A DNA stretch of 64,000 nucleotides from Geosiphon pyriformis uo1 (lineage: Eukaryota; Fungi; Glomeromycota), in contig JAAOMT010000571.1 of assembly GCA_016748015.1 (NCBI GenBank), positions 494,892-558,891 on the forward strand, read 5' to 3'. Below the pieces are notes generated by a model, which was not told the origin of the DNA, ran no database searches, and was given only the letters and a program-made list of their open reading frames with translations. Positions within the stretch are counted from its first letter, which is position 1, and each line of letters begins with the position of its first letter. The translations under genes were made by a program, and so were the position numbers. This document shows, in pieces, positions 13,655 to 26,694 of this stretch.

Positions 13655-14055
13655 ATCTGCCCTAAAAAAACACACAAAAACAATGCTAAATTTGACTTAA
13701 AATACTCTGAACAATCTTCTGTAGTTATAGCTCTATATTTTTTTGTAAAAATAGATCTTAAAATAGCTTTTAAAATTTCTGTTAGTACTATGGTACAAGT
13801 TTTCTTATAATCAAGTCTTGCAAAAAAAAGAATCAACATAAAAGAAGGAATTATTAATGCCAGATACATGAAAAACATTATTGTCATACTACAAAACAAT
13901 TTTAATAAACCCTATACAATTGAATTACAAAAAAAGATTGCTCAAGTTATCTTCTTATTTCTCATAAAAATACCACAATTAATATCAGTTACTATTTGAG
14001 AAAAATTAGGTCTCACTGCTTGAGGAATCAATGAGTTTAGATCAAGTGAAAGAGG
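13655..14055 (+). pseudogene. dut: dUTPase domain of B1
   Basis: NAKFDL, SSLAKK, GIINARY, KIAQVIF, GINEFRSS: decayed motifs 1-5. Confidence 0.85.
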
Positions 14056-14689
14056 GAACATAACAGTCAATTTTACCAAAGAAGACAGTGACAAGGTAGA
14101 ACTTATCTACACCAACACAATTATTTCTATTTTTCTATATTAACAATATAATCTTAAAGTAATTCAAAAAATTTAAGACCAAGTTCTATTATTTGAAACT
14201 GACCTGGAAATCTGTTTTCTAGTCGATATTGCTAATCTATACATACTTGTCAAAACTCATAAACATTTCAAAATTCCTATTTAGAATCCTACTGAAAATA
14301 TTATCAAAATTCCCAAGAGAATTCTTGTTGGTTCTATTTTTCTGAATATTCAAAACCTTAAAAATTTCAGCTTATTTCAAATTTTGTGCAATTGTTTTTA
14401 TTTTGCAACATTATCTCACAAGTAAAAAATCTGCCAAAAGAAAGTTACTTGTTTATACCAAAAAAAATCAATAAATTAAAATTGGAAAACTTAAGCACTC
14501 TGTAGCAAATACAACTTAAGATTTTGTTGAATTAATACACCAATATTTTTATCAGTAAAAATGAGTTCGAATACACAAACATCATGAAACATTAAATTGA
14601 TATGAGAGATGCCTGCTCTATTAAACAATAGACATATTAAGTAATTCTAATAAGTAATAATTTGATTAAGGAAGAAGTACAATAAATGC

Positions 14690-15875
14690 TAGACCATGGA
14701 TTAATTAAGGAATTGTTAAGTCCTTAGTCTTTTCCAATAATATTAGTTATTAAAAAGAATAGGAAAATATGGTTCTGTATAGATTACCAAAAACTAAACA
14801 GCATTACTCACAGCAATAACTACTTTACTCCCTTTATACAAAAAATATTAAACAATTTAGACAACAAAAAATAGTTTTTATTATTAGACTTAGCCAATGA
14901 ATATTGACAAGTAGAAATGAATTCCAAAAACAAAGAGAAAACAGTCTTTATCATGCAAGACAGAAACTTCAAGTTCAATATAGTGCTCTTTGAACTGTAC
15001 AATACTCCTGCTATTTTCCAATGTCTTATGGATGTAATATACAAAAAATTCTTTGGAAATCAGTTGTAGTCTACTTGAACAACACCAATGTGTTTTCTGA
15101 AATGTTTGATAATCACTTATATTATCTACAACAGATCTTTAAATGCCTTTAAGATGCTAAATTGAAACTCAACTCTGACAAATGTTTCTTTAGAAAAACT
15201 GAGCTAAAATTTCTAAAACATATAATCAGCAAAAACAAAGTCAAGTCCGACCCAGATAAAGTCCAAAAAGCCAGAGATTTTCTGGCTCCAGCTAACCTAC
15301 AGAAACTAAAAGAATTTCTAAAACTGGCTGAATACTACCACAGATTTATTAAAGAATTCTTCAACATTGCAAAATCTCTTTACTACCTACTCTCAAAACA
15401 CATATTATACTTATGAATAAAAGACCAACAAAAGATATTTGATTATTTTAAGCAGTGATTGATTACAGCCTCAATATTGATTTATTCTGACTTCAATAAA
15501 TTTTTTATTGTTGCTACAGATGCCTTAAAAAATGCACTTAAGACAGTTTTGTCTCAAATCAGACCAGACAAAAGAGAACATCCAATTATTTATGCTAATT
15601 GCAGCACCAGTTCAATAGAAAAAATATACAGCATAACAGATTTGGAATGTTTTGTCATCTACTGGATAGTACAAAATTGGAAACACTACTTTTGCCAATT
15701 ATTTGACCTATACACTAATTATAAAAGACTTATTTGGTTATTCAGTAAACCACAACTGGAAAAAAAATATACACAATGAAGTACTTATCTGCAACAATTT
15801 CTATACAAAGTTCATTATAAGAAAGAATTCAAGAACACCAATATTAACAGTTTATTGAGAATAATGCAAATTTAA
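14690..15875 (+). pseudogene. pol: RT + RNase H of B1
   Basis: FCIDYQKLN, VVYLNNTNVFS, KCFFRKTELKFL, FIVATDA, YSITDLEC. Confidence 0.92.
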
Positions 15876-15899
15876 TTTCAAACTCATGAATATAATCAC

Positions 15900-18620
15900 T
15901 TATCAGTAATTACACCAATATTTATTAATCCTTTAGTTTAAAGAGATATTATCTTAACAAGAACAAAGTACTATACAGAAACAAGCTTATAATTACTTTA
16001 TTCAGAACAATCAACTATATTATTAAGAATGCTGAAACCACACTACCTCATAATAAGTTATAAAATACAATGAAAAAGAAACTGTTTTGTACAGTATGCA
16101 CTTTGATCCAATTGCAAAACATTTCAATAAAGACACTACTTTAAAGAAAACCACAAATCTATACTATTGGCCAATAATATATAAAAATATTTTTAAATAT
16201 GTCCTCAACTATAACTCATGTCAACAAAAAAAAAGAGCCAGAACAATAGAACCACTTTGATTCATTTTAGTTGGAAATCCATTTAATAGAATAGAAATTA
16301 ATTTGATTGGTTTTCTCTTAATTATATTCAAAGGAAATTGTTACATAGCTATAGTTGTAGACTATCTTACCAAATAACCAAAAAACACATTTTGTCAATA
16401 GTACATTAATTAAATTAAGCCAACAGTATGACTTTTATCATCACTATATTATTTACAAACAAATAAACTGGTAGAACAATTTAACTAAACACTATATAAA
16501 GCATTGTTACTGGAAAATTTTCACACTTTTTAATGCAAAAATTACAACATATACAATAGAAATTAACATCAAAATCATGTAAAAAAAGCCTATATTATCA
16601 CACTTAATCAACAAATCAACCAGCAATCTGAAAATAAATAATCAGCAATCAATCCAATTACAACAAAGAAATATAGCACAATCTAACAGTTTAACTAAGT
16701 TGGATACAAAGAAATCTTGGCAAACTAAGAAACACCAATAAAAATGAATGATTAATGCATGTAATCAGATAACAACAGGTTTTATTATGCTCCAAAATTC
16801 TCATATGCCTTTATTGAAACAATTTAACATTCCAGATCTGCAATCAATAGTTAAAAGTAGTTACCAAGAAATGTAATCAATTAATCTACTTCTGATTACA
16901 TTGATCATAATCAAAATTGGTATTATCAATTTACAATTAATATTCTAAATCCAGCCATTTAAATCTGATCATTTAAAAATCACTAGCTTTGAGAAAATAA
17001 CATGCCAAATAAGCTTATTATAAATTGATTAAATTAATATATATAAATAATTGATGTATTTTAAATAGTCTTAATATAGTATATAGATCTAATGTAATTT
17101 AGCTATATATACAGCTTCTCTGTCAGTTCAGAAAAGTATCAGTTCAATACTGAGCCAACTCTTTGCTATAGTTTTATAGTGAGCAGTTAATTTTTTACTC
17201 TTACACTCTTTTTTTCTTTTTCTATGCTCTAAATACTTGTTATTACAATCTCAAGTATGTTTTCCCATATTCTTTATCATCATTTAGAATTATGTTGTTT
17301 ATAACCTTTTACTTACTTGTTATCACAATTTCAAGTATGCCTTCTCATATTCCTTATTACCATTTAGAATCACATTATTTATAACTTCTTATCTATTTGT
17401 TAACAACATTATCAAGCTTTCTATTACTTCTGATTTTTCAAATCATATGTTATCACCATTTCACATTAAGTTTTGTTTTACCAAACAAGTTGTTTAAATA
17501 TTAAAAATAAGTAATAAAGCATCACATTATTAGAAAGTAATTTCAACAATAAAAAGTTTAAATCTATTTCAGTTATGTTTTACTTTTACAATCTTTTTAT
17601 AATTCCTATAACTTCATTTTCAAAGTGGACATTTAAACACCACACCCTTTCGATGACTAATTAAAAAAATTCTGGTTACAATTTTTTTAAGTAGTTTTGG
17701 TTTCTCCTTGTTGCTGGTTGCACTTCTAATACATATAAAGAGATGTGACTTCTCTTTTTCTTTTTAAATACCTAAGACTGGTTCTTGCCCAAAAACAAAT
17801 AATAATGACAATACTTTCTTTCACTTTTAATGACTTTATCACGTATCCCTTTTTGCTCTTCTATTTACTGAAATAGTTCATACACTCATGATATGCTATA
17901 GTTAGTAGCATAATTATGATAATGGGTGTTACTAGTTGAGCTAAAAAATGTTTTCTAATACTAACAAAAACCACTGGTAACAGTATTAACAAAAATAAGT
18001 TATAAAAATACATAAGAATAAGACTTATTTATACCTTCTGTATTATTTGCATACCAAACATTAAAGCAAAATACTATCCAGTTCACATCATTTAAATTAG
18101 TTTATAGAAGAAAAGCTACCTTACTTATTGAACAAAAAATATTTTTTTTTCTTACAGAAACAATCACAAAAGAAAATTTTAAAGCTACTTTATACCAAAA
18201 AACATACTAGCTTATGAAGACATTGGAAAACAATTGTAGAACAGCAGCTGACAATATTAGTAACACTTAAGAATAACAAAAGAAAAACATAATAATTGCC
18301 TCTTAGATCAACCAATGAAATTCAAGATTGGAAACCAAGTATTGTTACACTATACAAAAGCTGAGAAACAGTGGAGTGGAAAGTTTGACTCAAAGTAGGA
18401 CAGTTTATTCCATATACACAAAGTTTTAGACAATGAAGCTTACAAATTATGATTGGAAGACAGAATTTTAAAAAAAGTAGTACATAAGAATCAATTGAAA
18501 ATTTATCATACAAAACAAGAGTTATTGTCATCTATATCTCAACTAGAAACACAAATTCTATTAATTAGACCAGAAAATATATTATAAGATCTGGAACCAA
18601 TTATTATTATCAACACATAA
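15900..18620 (+). pseudogene. pol: Integrase of B1 (interrupted by solo LTR 16505-17982; internal deletion near 16385)
   Basis: MHFDPIAKHF, YYWP, PFNRIEINLIG, AVLFAYQT, FKIGNQVLL. Confidence 0.85.
16505..17982 (-). mobile_element. Long solo LTR (about 1.48 kb) with E-like termini
   Basis: Ends tgttactgg...actggtaaca, as in the E2 LTR; TSD gcat/gtat; minus-strand TATATATAGC near 17102-17111; about 80-bp tandem duplication at 17235-17395. Confidence 0.8.
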
Positions 18621-18649
18621 TTGATATATAACTATTTAATTGGAAAATT

Positions 18650-19469
18650 TAAGTATATATAACCACTAAAACAACAAGACATTTGATAAAACTTTTAACA
18701 TAAACCTTTCAGATCAAATTCTAACTCTGTTAAAACAACTGTTTAATACAATCCAACAATTCTCAACCCAAATAAAAATTACAATTGATAAAAAAGAGAT
18801 ATAATATAGAGATAGAAGCAAAAAAGGGGTGAACAAAAGTTCAACTAAAACTAAACAATCTCATCTCTATGAACGATCCTTTTCTCACAACAAACAAGAA
18901 AAAAAAAGTAGAGGAGAGACAAAAAAAAGAAAGAAATATATTGGACAAAGCTCAACACAATTAAAGAGAAGAAAAAAATGACAAAAATGAATACATATTA
19001 AACAAAGCTCAAAGAAATTAAACAGGCTTTGAGCAAACAAATACTGAAACCAGTAACAAAAAAATAGACACCAGAAAATGCCAAAGTATAAAAAAAAAAA
19101 CTGTCATTAATCTACTGGTTCTATAAGATTGGTGAACAACTAAGATTGAGTATATTATATAAAAACTGCAATTGTCAAATCTTTAACAAAAAAGTTTTTA
19201 AACAAGTAGAAAAATTCATAAGAAAAAGCAATTTAATATTACACTACAAAGCAATATACTGTTTATATTTAGCATTTAAATACTATTCAGCCATACTACT
19301 AAACAGCTCATTAACAACTATTATAGTTAACAACATAGAACAAATGATGAATAAACAATTTGAAAACCTATAAAAAGCAATACTAAATGTTATAATTAAA
19401 CATTACACAGAAAACACAGATTTTACAAATACAATTTTGCAGAAGCTCAATTCTAAAAAAAAGAAATAA
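18650..19469 (+). pseudogene. ORF3 of B1
   Basis: YWFYKIGEQL...KFIRKSNL..KAIYCLYLAF...KQFENL, homologous to ORF3 of F/G/H; start uncertain. Confidence 0.7.
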
Positions 19470-20477
19470 TGTTAGCTGAGTAAAAAACCAATCCAAAATT
19501 ATGGAGAAAACGTGACCAAAAATGTAATGACATAAAATAACACAGAATAACATAAAAAAACACAGAATAATGCATAATAACTCAGAATAACATAATACAA
19601 AACTTGATAATATGTTATAGCACAAAATAGCTAATTAAAACATAAGATAACTAGTAATAACATAGAAAAATAAAACAATAACAAAAATAGTAAAGCAATA
19701 AATAACAAGAATAAAACAATTAAAAAAGCAATCCTGTAGAACCAAAAAGAATGTATAAAATGAATAATTGTAGAAGTTAAAAAAAAGACAGATAAACAAG
19801 AATCAATTTTTCTCTTTTTTATAAATATTATATTTTATGAAAATAAAAGATTTTTTTTGAAAAACTTAAAATTATTGATACATAATCATTAATTATTCTA
19901 TGTTTGAATCAAACTAATCATTGTTTCATACTTTTGTTCTAAAACAGATGCTTTTAGCATAAATATCTCAAATTTTTAACAACTTAGACCAATCACTTTT
20001 AATTATGATAATTGACAATACTAATTTATTTTCTTTTATTTTCTTTTATTTCTTTTATTTTCTTTTATTTTCTTTTATTCTCTCTTGTAAAGTGGCAACA
20101 CAGGAAAATCAACTGTTTGGGAATAGACTTCATAATAACTTAGTAAAAAAGGAAAGCTCCTCTTAAGTTTGAATATTAATATTATCTTGTCAGCTTACTA
20201 AAAAAATGAAAAGACACTGTTAGACCCTAGTGACTGCATTCAACTAGCTTGAAGAAAAAATCTTATATTAACAAGTTACAATATCATAAAACTATAACTC
20301 TGTGTCTTATAACCAAAGAACTCCACAGGTAAATTCACCTCCAATAAAAGATCTTTAAAGACTAATAAACCAGACACAACAGGCAAATTTATAAAAAAAA
20401 TTTTCAAAGCTCTCTTTAATCCAAAAAGTCAAAGCACCATATGTTATTACTATACTCTGTTAAGTTTACTCATAACA
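19470..20477 (+). repeat. B1 3' LTR
   Basis: tgttagctg...cataaca, preceded by decayed PPT aaaaaaagaaataa. Confidence 0.9.
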
Positions 20478-23400
20478 TCACATACAACAAAACTAAAGAT
20501 TGGTAATAGTTATGTACCAACCAATTTCTAATTCCTTAAATTAGATATTAGAATCACACCCAAGAAATTCAAAAAGTGAATACTCTCAAAACCTGAATTT
20601 TCAAAACTATTTAAGTCTCTTGGCTATAACAAAAAACAAGTTATCCAATAATTTGAAAATTAATTAACAACTACTTATTAACAACATCTTACCAACAACC
20701 ATCACAGAAAACAAATCACTAGTCATTATCTTCCTATTTGAATTGGAAAATCAATCAGAAACCCTGTTATTTAGTAGAGTTATTTTTGACACCAAACTGA
20801 TCACCATTATATATATTAATGCCAAAATTGATGACCAATCTATCAAGCTAATCCTTGATAATAAGTTAGCAAACAGCATAATTACATAACAACTTATAGA
20901 CCAATTAGGTTGTTAAGTTAATTATATTGCCAGTACCAAAATTATTATAGCTGATGAAGTAACTAAAACTTTTATTGGCAAAATTGACAATTTTTCTTTT
21001 AAAGTTAACAGTATTATCATGTTAATCAAAGTTCTAGTTATAAAAGCTACACAATATCAAGCTTTTATTAGTAATAACTGGCTATTTAAGACCAATACTG
21101 TATTTAACTAGACTATACAAAAACTACAGCTTAGTCAAAATAATTAGTATACTTAGGTACCAGCTATTTGCAATTATTTCAAAACAACTTTATTATAATC
21201 ATTAATTAAATTTGAAAAAAAATAAACAAACTTATTTAAGAAGCTTATTAAGTTTTATGAGCTGACAACAATTATAATAAGCTATTATCAATACTCTCTT
21301 GGAACAAAAAAAAAAGAAAAAAAAAACAAATCTCAAAACATTACTATTACTGAAAAAACATTCAACAGCTAACATATATCCTATTTATTAAAACTAAGAA
21401 AAGAATCATCTTATATCTTATTTAAATGTATTGATTATAAAAAAAAACTTTTATTCATAGAAGCTTGAATCTTACTAAAAGAAAACTACTAGATATATAC
21501 TCACTACTATTATAAATCATATTACAAAGAATGCTTTGGTTATCCAAAATAACAAAAAAAGTAAAATAACAAACCATGTCTTATTTGTAAAGAAACCTTA
21601 TTTAATAAAGAAATATAGAACAATATTCTTGGTTAAGAAGAAACATACAACATATTGTGTTAATACATAATTCTTATTAATAACTGGATAAGCAGAAAAA
21701 CACTATTCAATGCTATATAGAACTGAATGTTTTTATATTTAAATGGTTATCCATATGATAAAAATAAAATCTGACAAATAGCAAGTGCCAAAATCAAAGG
21801 TGTTTTACCTAATAAAATATTTGCTATTAAAAATAACTCACTAAAACTCATCAAAACCATTCTTATTCCAAATCCAAACATTTTTGTTAACATTTTAAGT
21901 AATTCAAAACAATTTTACAAACACTACCAAGATTTAGCACCCATCTGAAAAGAACAAAAGCAGTATTTAAAATAATTAAATATTAGACTCTGTAAATATT
22001 GTCTAATTTTTAGTGACTTTAAATATTGTGACAATTGTAATTTTATTTACAATCCACTATTATGCATAATATATTTAATTTCTAAAAAGGAAAAACCAAT
22101 TAGTAAGTGTGCTTTGGAATTAAAATTAAAATTCAATTATAATTCAGATTCCAATAATAATAACAACAATAGTTTCAACTTTGTTCACAATGACAACAAC
22201 AACAACAATAATAATTTCAATCTTAATTCTAACTTTGAACAATATATTACACTTTCAGATCTTTCAAAAAAGCAGAAACTTAAATAGTTCAGCAATAATA
22301 ATAAAAATATTATACCAAAACGTATATATAATACTAATACAGAATTTGATCTTAGATATTTGAAAAAAACTGTTATTAGATTAGAACCTTATTTGCATAC
22401 CAACATAGATCTGAAAATAACACTAGAAATTTCAGCAATAACTATAATCCAATTAGTTTCTAGATCTAATTTAGCAAAAAAAAGATTAATATTAAAGAAG
22501 AAATAATTAACACAGGATATGTAAAAAATATTATTGTAATATTACAAAATAACTCAGAAAAAAAATATATTATTAAACCAAATAAAAAGATAACACAGAC
22601 AATATTCCTGTTTCTAATTAAAATAGCTTAATTAATATTAATAGAAATGAAGAAAGAGTTAAAAATTATGACAAGAAAAATAAAAAAATTCAAATCTACA
22701 GATAGAATAAAAATACCAGTCAATATAATAGAAAAAAAAACTATTAATAAGAAAAAAATTATCTCTATCAATTAATTTATTTCTATTCTATCATATGACC
22801 AGTATATGTAAATTATAGAGAGAAAAGTGAAGGATCAACTCCAGATTTTTGAAGCTAAGCCAAACATTTGTGAGTTAAAAAAAATTGGCATTACCAATCT
22901 TTACATACCAGCCAAAAATCACAAACACATTAAGATATCAATATATAATACAACTAAAAACCTCATAAAAATACCAAATAAAACTATTATTGGATATTTA
23001 AGTATTAAAATTAAAAGTTAATCACCAACAACCATTCCAAATTTTTCACAACTTTGTGAATATGTGGATATTACATCACAAACAATTTATAGACAAGAAT
23101 ATTATTTGTTACAATTAAAATAGTTAGAGCAAATAAACTTAGGAAATTTAGACTCACTTTAATATATGCAATTTAAAATGCTACTTAATAATTTTACTAA
23201 TATTTTTGCTAATGAAAACAAATTTGGCAAAACTGATATCATCTAATACCAGATTAAAACTGAAAATGCTATGTCAATCAAACAAAAAGCATACAAAGTA
23301 CTACTTGCTAATTATAAAATTATTTAACAAGAAATTAACTAAATATTAAACAATGAGTTAATTTAATTATCAATAAGTTTATGGTTTTTACCAGTAGTAT

Positions 23401-24470
23401 TTGTACAAAAAAAAATAGAAAATCCACTTTTGTGTAAACTACCAAAAACTTAATAGTGTTATTTATAGAGACAGTTATCTGACTTTACAGATCTAAGAGT
23501 TATTTAATGCTTTTAAAAAAAAAATGGTTCTCAATATTAAACTTAAATAGTGGTTATTAACAAGTAGTTATGAATTTAGCTAATAAGAAGAAAACAGCAT
23601 TTATCACTAGAGAAAAAAATTTTGAATTTAATATTATATTATTTGACTTAACTAATATTTCAGTCATCTTTTAACAACTCATAAAAATTGTATACACTAA
23701 ATTGCTATGAAAATTTATAGTAGTCTACTTGAATGATACCAACATGTTTTCCAAAACATTTAACAATTATCTCTATTATTTTTAACAAATGTTTGAAAGA
23801 TTAAAAAGAGCCAGACTAAAATTAAATGCTACTAAATGCTTCTTTGAGAAAACAAAACTCAAGTTTTTGGAACATGTCATGAACAAAAACAACATTAAAA
23901 CAGATCCAAACAAAATTAAAATAGTTAAAAACTTTTCAGTACCAATAAACTTAACAGAATTAAAAGTATTCTTAAAATTTACCAAATACTATTGCTATTT
24001 TATTCAAAACTTTTCTAAACTGATACAATCATTTCACCAGCTCCAAACAAAGAATGTTCAATATAAATAAATTGAAAACCAACAAAAAGCTTTTAATATC
24101 TTAAAAAAAAAGCTTCATTTAAGCCCCAGTATTAATCTATTCAGATTATAACAAGTCATTTATTATTATTACTGATGTATCTGGTCAAGCATTGGAAGCT
24201 GTATTATTACAAAAAAAGACAAATAGATAAAAACATCTAGTAGCATATACCAGCTAAAATTTAAGTCCAGCCAAGAAAAATTATAAAATTTTACTATTAG
24301 AACATTTAACTATTTATTGGACTGTTATTAAATAGAAAAAATATTTGAATTAAAAGTTTGATGTATACATTAATCACAAAAGATTAATATTAATTCAAAA
24401 ACAAAAATTTGAAGATGATTGCCATATAAGATAAAAAATAGAATTATTACTATTTAATTATACTGTACAT
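20478..24470 (+). pseudogene. pol: pol of D0: PR (~20780-21180), Cys-rich (~21420-22090), dUTPase (~22310-22705), RT (~23340-23900), RNase H (to 24470)
   Basis: Collinear with F/G/H pol; KCFFEKTKLKFL, IITDVSG; heavily AT-shifted. Confidence 0.85.
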
Positions 24471-25331
24471 TATCACCTATTAGTTAATCAAATTATCAAA
24501 TATTACTATTCAATTAATAATCCAATTTATACTATAAAAATTAAGATAATCAAATTACACAATACTCTGAATCATTTAATATAATCAAAATTCGCCAAAA
24601 TTGATGAAAATGGCCAAAATAATCAATAATTCATAGAAATAATTTGTAGTTTGCTGAAATATATCTTTGATTTGCCAAAATTATAGCAAAAAAAAAAGTG
24701 CAAGTTTAAAGATTAGTATTATAACAAGTTGTATAAAAGAAGAGCTTCTCTTTTTAAGAAAATATATCTTATCTTACTTTAAATATTTTAATTAAAACGA
24801 ATCATCTCTTATATATTTTTACAAAATTAAATAAAAATTAAAATATTCAAAAAACCAAATCCTTAATTATTATACTTAAAATTCACAAAAACTCAACTAA
24901 CATTTTAAAATTGATTAACTACTAATTTCAATAATCTGTTAGTGACTCCATGCCTAAATAAAAAACGTTTTCCTTAAGAAAATTCTATTTCTTTTACATT
25001 TTTTTTATTTTTTTTATTATAATTATTAGAATAGCCTATAGACAAAATTTCTGTAAAAGAGTTAACTTTTACAGCAAAGTAACTACATATTTTTGGTAAG
25101 CTTCCAGACAAGCAATTCCTGAAAAAGAGTTGACATTTACTACAACGTAACTACACAAAGTAACTAACACAGAATTGGCTATTTCACTTATAAACCCAGC
25201 AGTTCAAATTATAGGAAATAATTTGAAGATAAATTCAGTTATTAAAAGTTCAACTACTTCCTTTAGTTATAAATTCACAGCAAACAAACATTAATAACAT
25301 TAAAAAAAGAGACCAAAAATTTTCAATAACA
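24471..25331 (+). repeat. E1 5' LTR (5' boundary approximate)
   Basis: caaattacacaatactctgaa and the gagaccaaaaa...aataaca end match the reverse complement of the E2 LTR. Confidence 0.75.
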
Positions 25332-25376
25332 TTTGGTGCTCTTCTATAGAAACAACACAACAACAACAAATTCAAA

Positions 25377-25804
25377 GTGATAACTCTAGCAGACACAACA
25401 ACTCTAGAGTATTATCAGTTAATTTATATTTACTGCAAGCAAAGATTTAACATCCAAAACTAAATTAAAGTTTTTAAGAAATCACTGTACCAATACATTA
25501 AAAACTGTATTAACAATTATCTTTTTGGAAACTACAATATTTCAGAAGTTAAAGGCAATCTCTACAAAAATTTATTGCACTATTCTTACTTAGGAACTGA
25601 AAATCTTAACAGTAAAATACTTAACACCTACTTTTAAGAACTTAACTACAATATTATTCAGTATTGTGAAAAAAAATACCCTGTACAATCTAAATTCTCT
25701 TTTGGTTTTGAATTAAAAACTAAAACAAGTAATAAAGACAAACAAAAATTAAAGCAACACTTAAGAACTGCTCTCAATACTTTGAAAACACCAAAGATAA
25801 CTGC
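25377..25804 (+). pseudogene. gag: gag N-terminal extension of E1
   Basis: Starts AAAGTG; FCN/CINNYL-type region similar in position to the B and C extensions. Confidence 0.6.
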
Positions 25805-26632
25805 TGTTACTCATAGAATATACGAAATATATATTAGCATAAATTAGCCAATTAGAAATAACCATAGTAAATGTGGAATTCCAGGATTCTTGTATAAGGA
25901 ATTCCAGGATTCTAAAATTTCAGAATTCTTTCCAAGAGAAATTGCAGAATTTCAGGAATTCCAGAATTTCTGGTGTGAGAAATTAAGAAATTGAAGAATC
26001 TCAATTATGTATATATAGCAGTAGTGTTAGAAGGAGAAAAAAAGAACAGAATCTTTTTAGTTAGAAACTTTCCAGTTTAAATTTGATCTAAGCAATCTTC
26101 CATTCACAAATATCAATAAATAATTATTCACTATCTCAATCCACTCTTTACTATTAACTCTTCATGTTGATAGTAATTGATACTTAATCACACAAAAACA
26201 ATAGCTCTTGATTACAGCTATTGATGGAATACTAACTTGCAATTGCTTTTGTTTATTTCTTTATCTTCTTTTATTTTTTTTATTTCTTTTGTATTTCTTG
26301 TTGGTTGACTAATTGATTAAAAATTAAAGTGCTGAGTTACAGATGTTATAGGGACTGGTAAAAGACCTGTGAAACAAGGGTAAAACACTCATAGATTTGA
26401 GAATAGCTTATTAGGAAGATTACCAGCCACCACGCTGAGAAAAAAATTTGATGGAATTGCAATTCTGGGAGACTACTGAAACAACTATTAAATCTCTATC
26501 CATTATACAAAGAACTCTGCAACAAAACCTTCAGATCAATCAAATCTTCAGAGATCAACACTAGAATACCAATCAAGCACCAAATTACGAATTTGTTATT
26601 GGCTTTAAGACCCTAAATAAACATCTATAACA
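25805..26632 (+). repeat. F 5' LTR
   Basis: tgttactcatag...ataaca; CCAAT, GGAATTCC array, TATATATAGC at about 26009. Confidence 0.92.
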
Positions 26633-26634
26633 TT

Positions 26635-26652
26635 TGGTGCTCCCTGTGAGGT
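26635..26652 (+). promoter_or_regulatory. PBS of F
   Basis: TGGTGCTCCCTGTGAGGT, the complement of a tRNA 3' end ...CCTCACAGGGAGCACCA (Ile-UAU or elongator Met-like; identity unverified). Confidence 0.85.
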
Positions 26653-26694
26653 ATAATCCTACAAAGAACCAGCACCAACAACAATTATCCAAAA

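Larger units (their letters stand above)
934..20477 (+). mobile_element. B1: full-length Ty3/gypsy element, LTR family B, dUTPase-bearing
   Basis: 5' LTR 934-1079 + 9740-10479, PBS 10482, gag-PR-Cys-dUTPase-RT-RNH-IN-ORF3, PPT, 3' LTR 19470-20477, TSD ttac (930-933) / tcac (20478-20481). Confidence 0.9.
1..24470 (+). mobile_element. D0: outermost, most decayed Ty3/gypsy element (C-type internal region); present at 1-933 and 20478-24470, split by B1 and cut by E1
   Basis: 1-933 reads as capsid (RTLQTISYFLQDTAN...) plus a decayed zinc knuckle at about 610-652. After the B1 TSD (ttac/tcac) the sequence resumes with PR, Cys-rich domain, dUTPase, RT and RNase H homologous to F/G/H. Its own LTRs are not in view. 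Confidence 0.85.

Noticed and set aside
20026-20080. (TTTTCTTTTA)n minisatellite as an independent feature
   Set aside because: Slippage expansion of the U-rich tract present in all B and C LTRs
26341-26650. U5 as a coding extension reading through the PBS into gag
   Set aside because: Frame is not preserved between the F and H LTRs, and conserved in-frame stops are present
26635-26652. tRNA gene
   Set aside because: Only 18 nt complementary to a tRNA 3' end next to an LTR; this is a PBS
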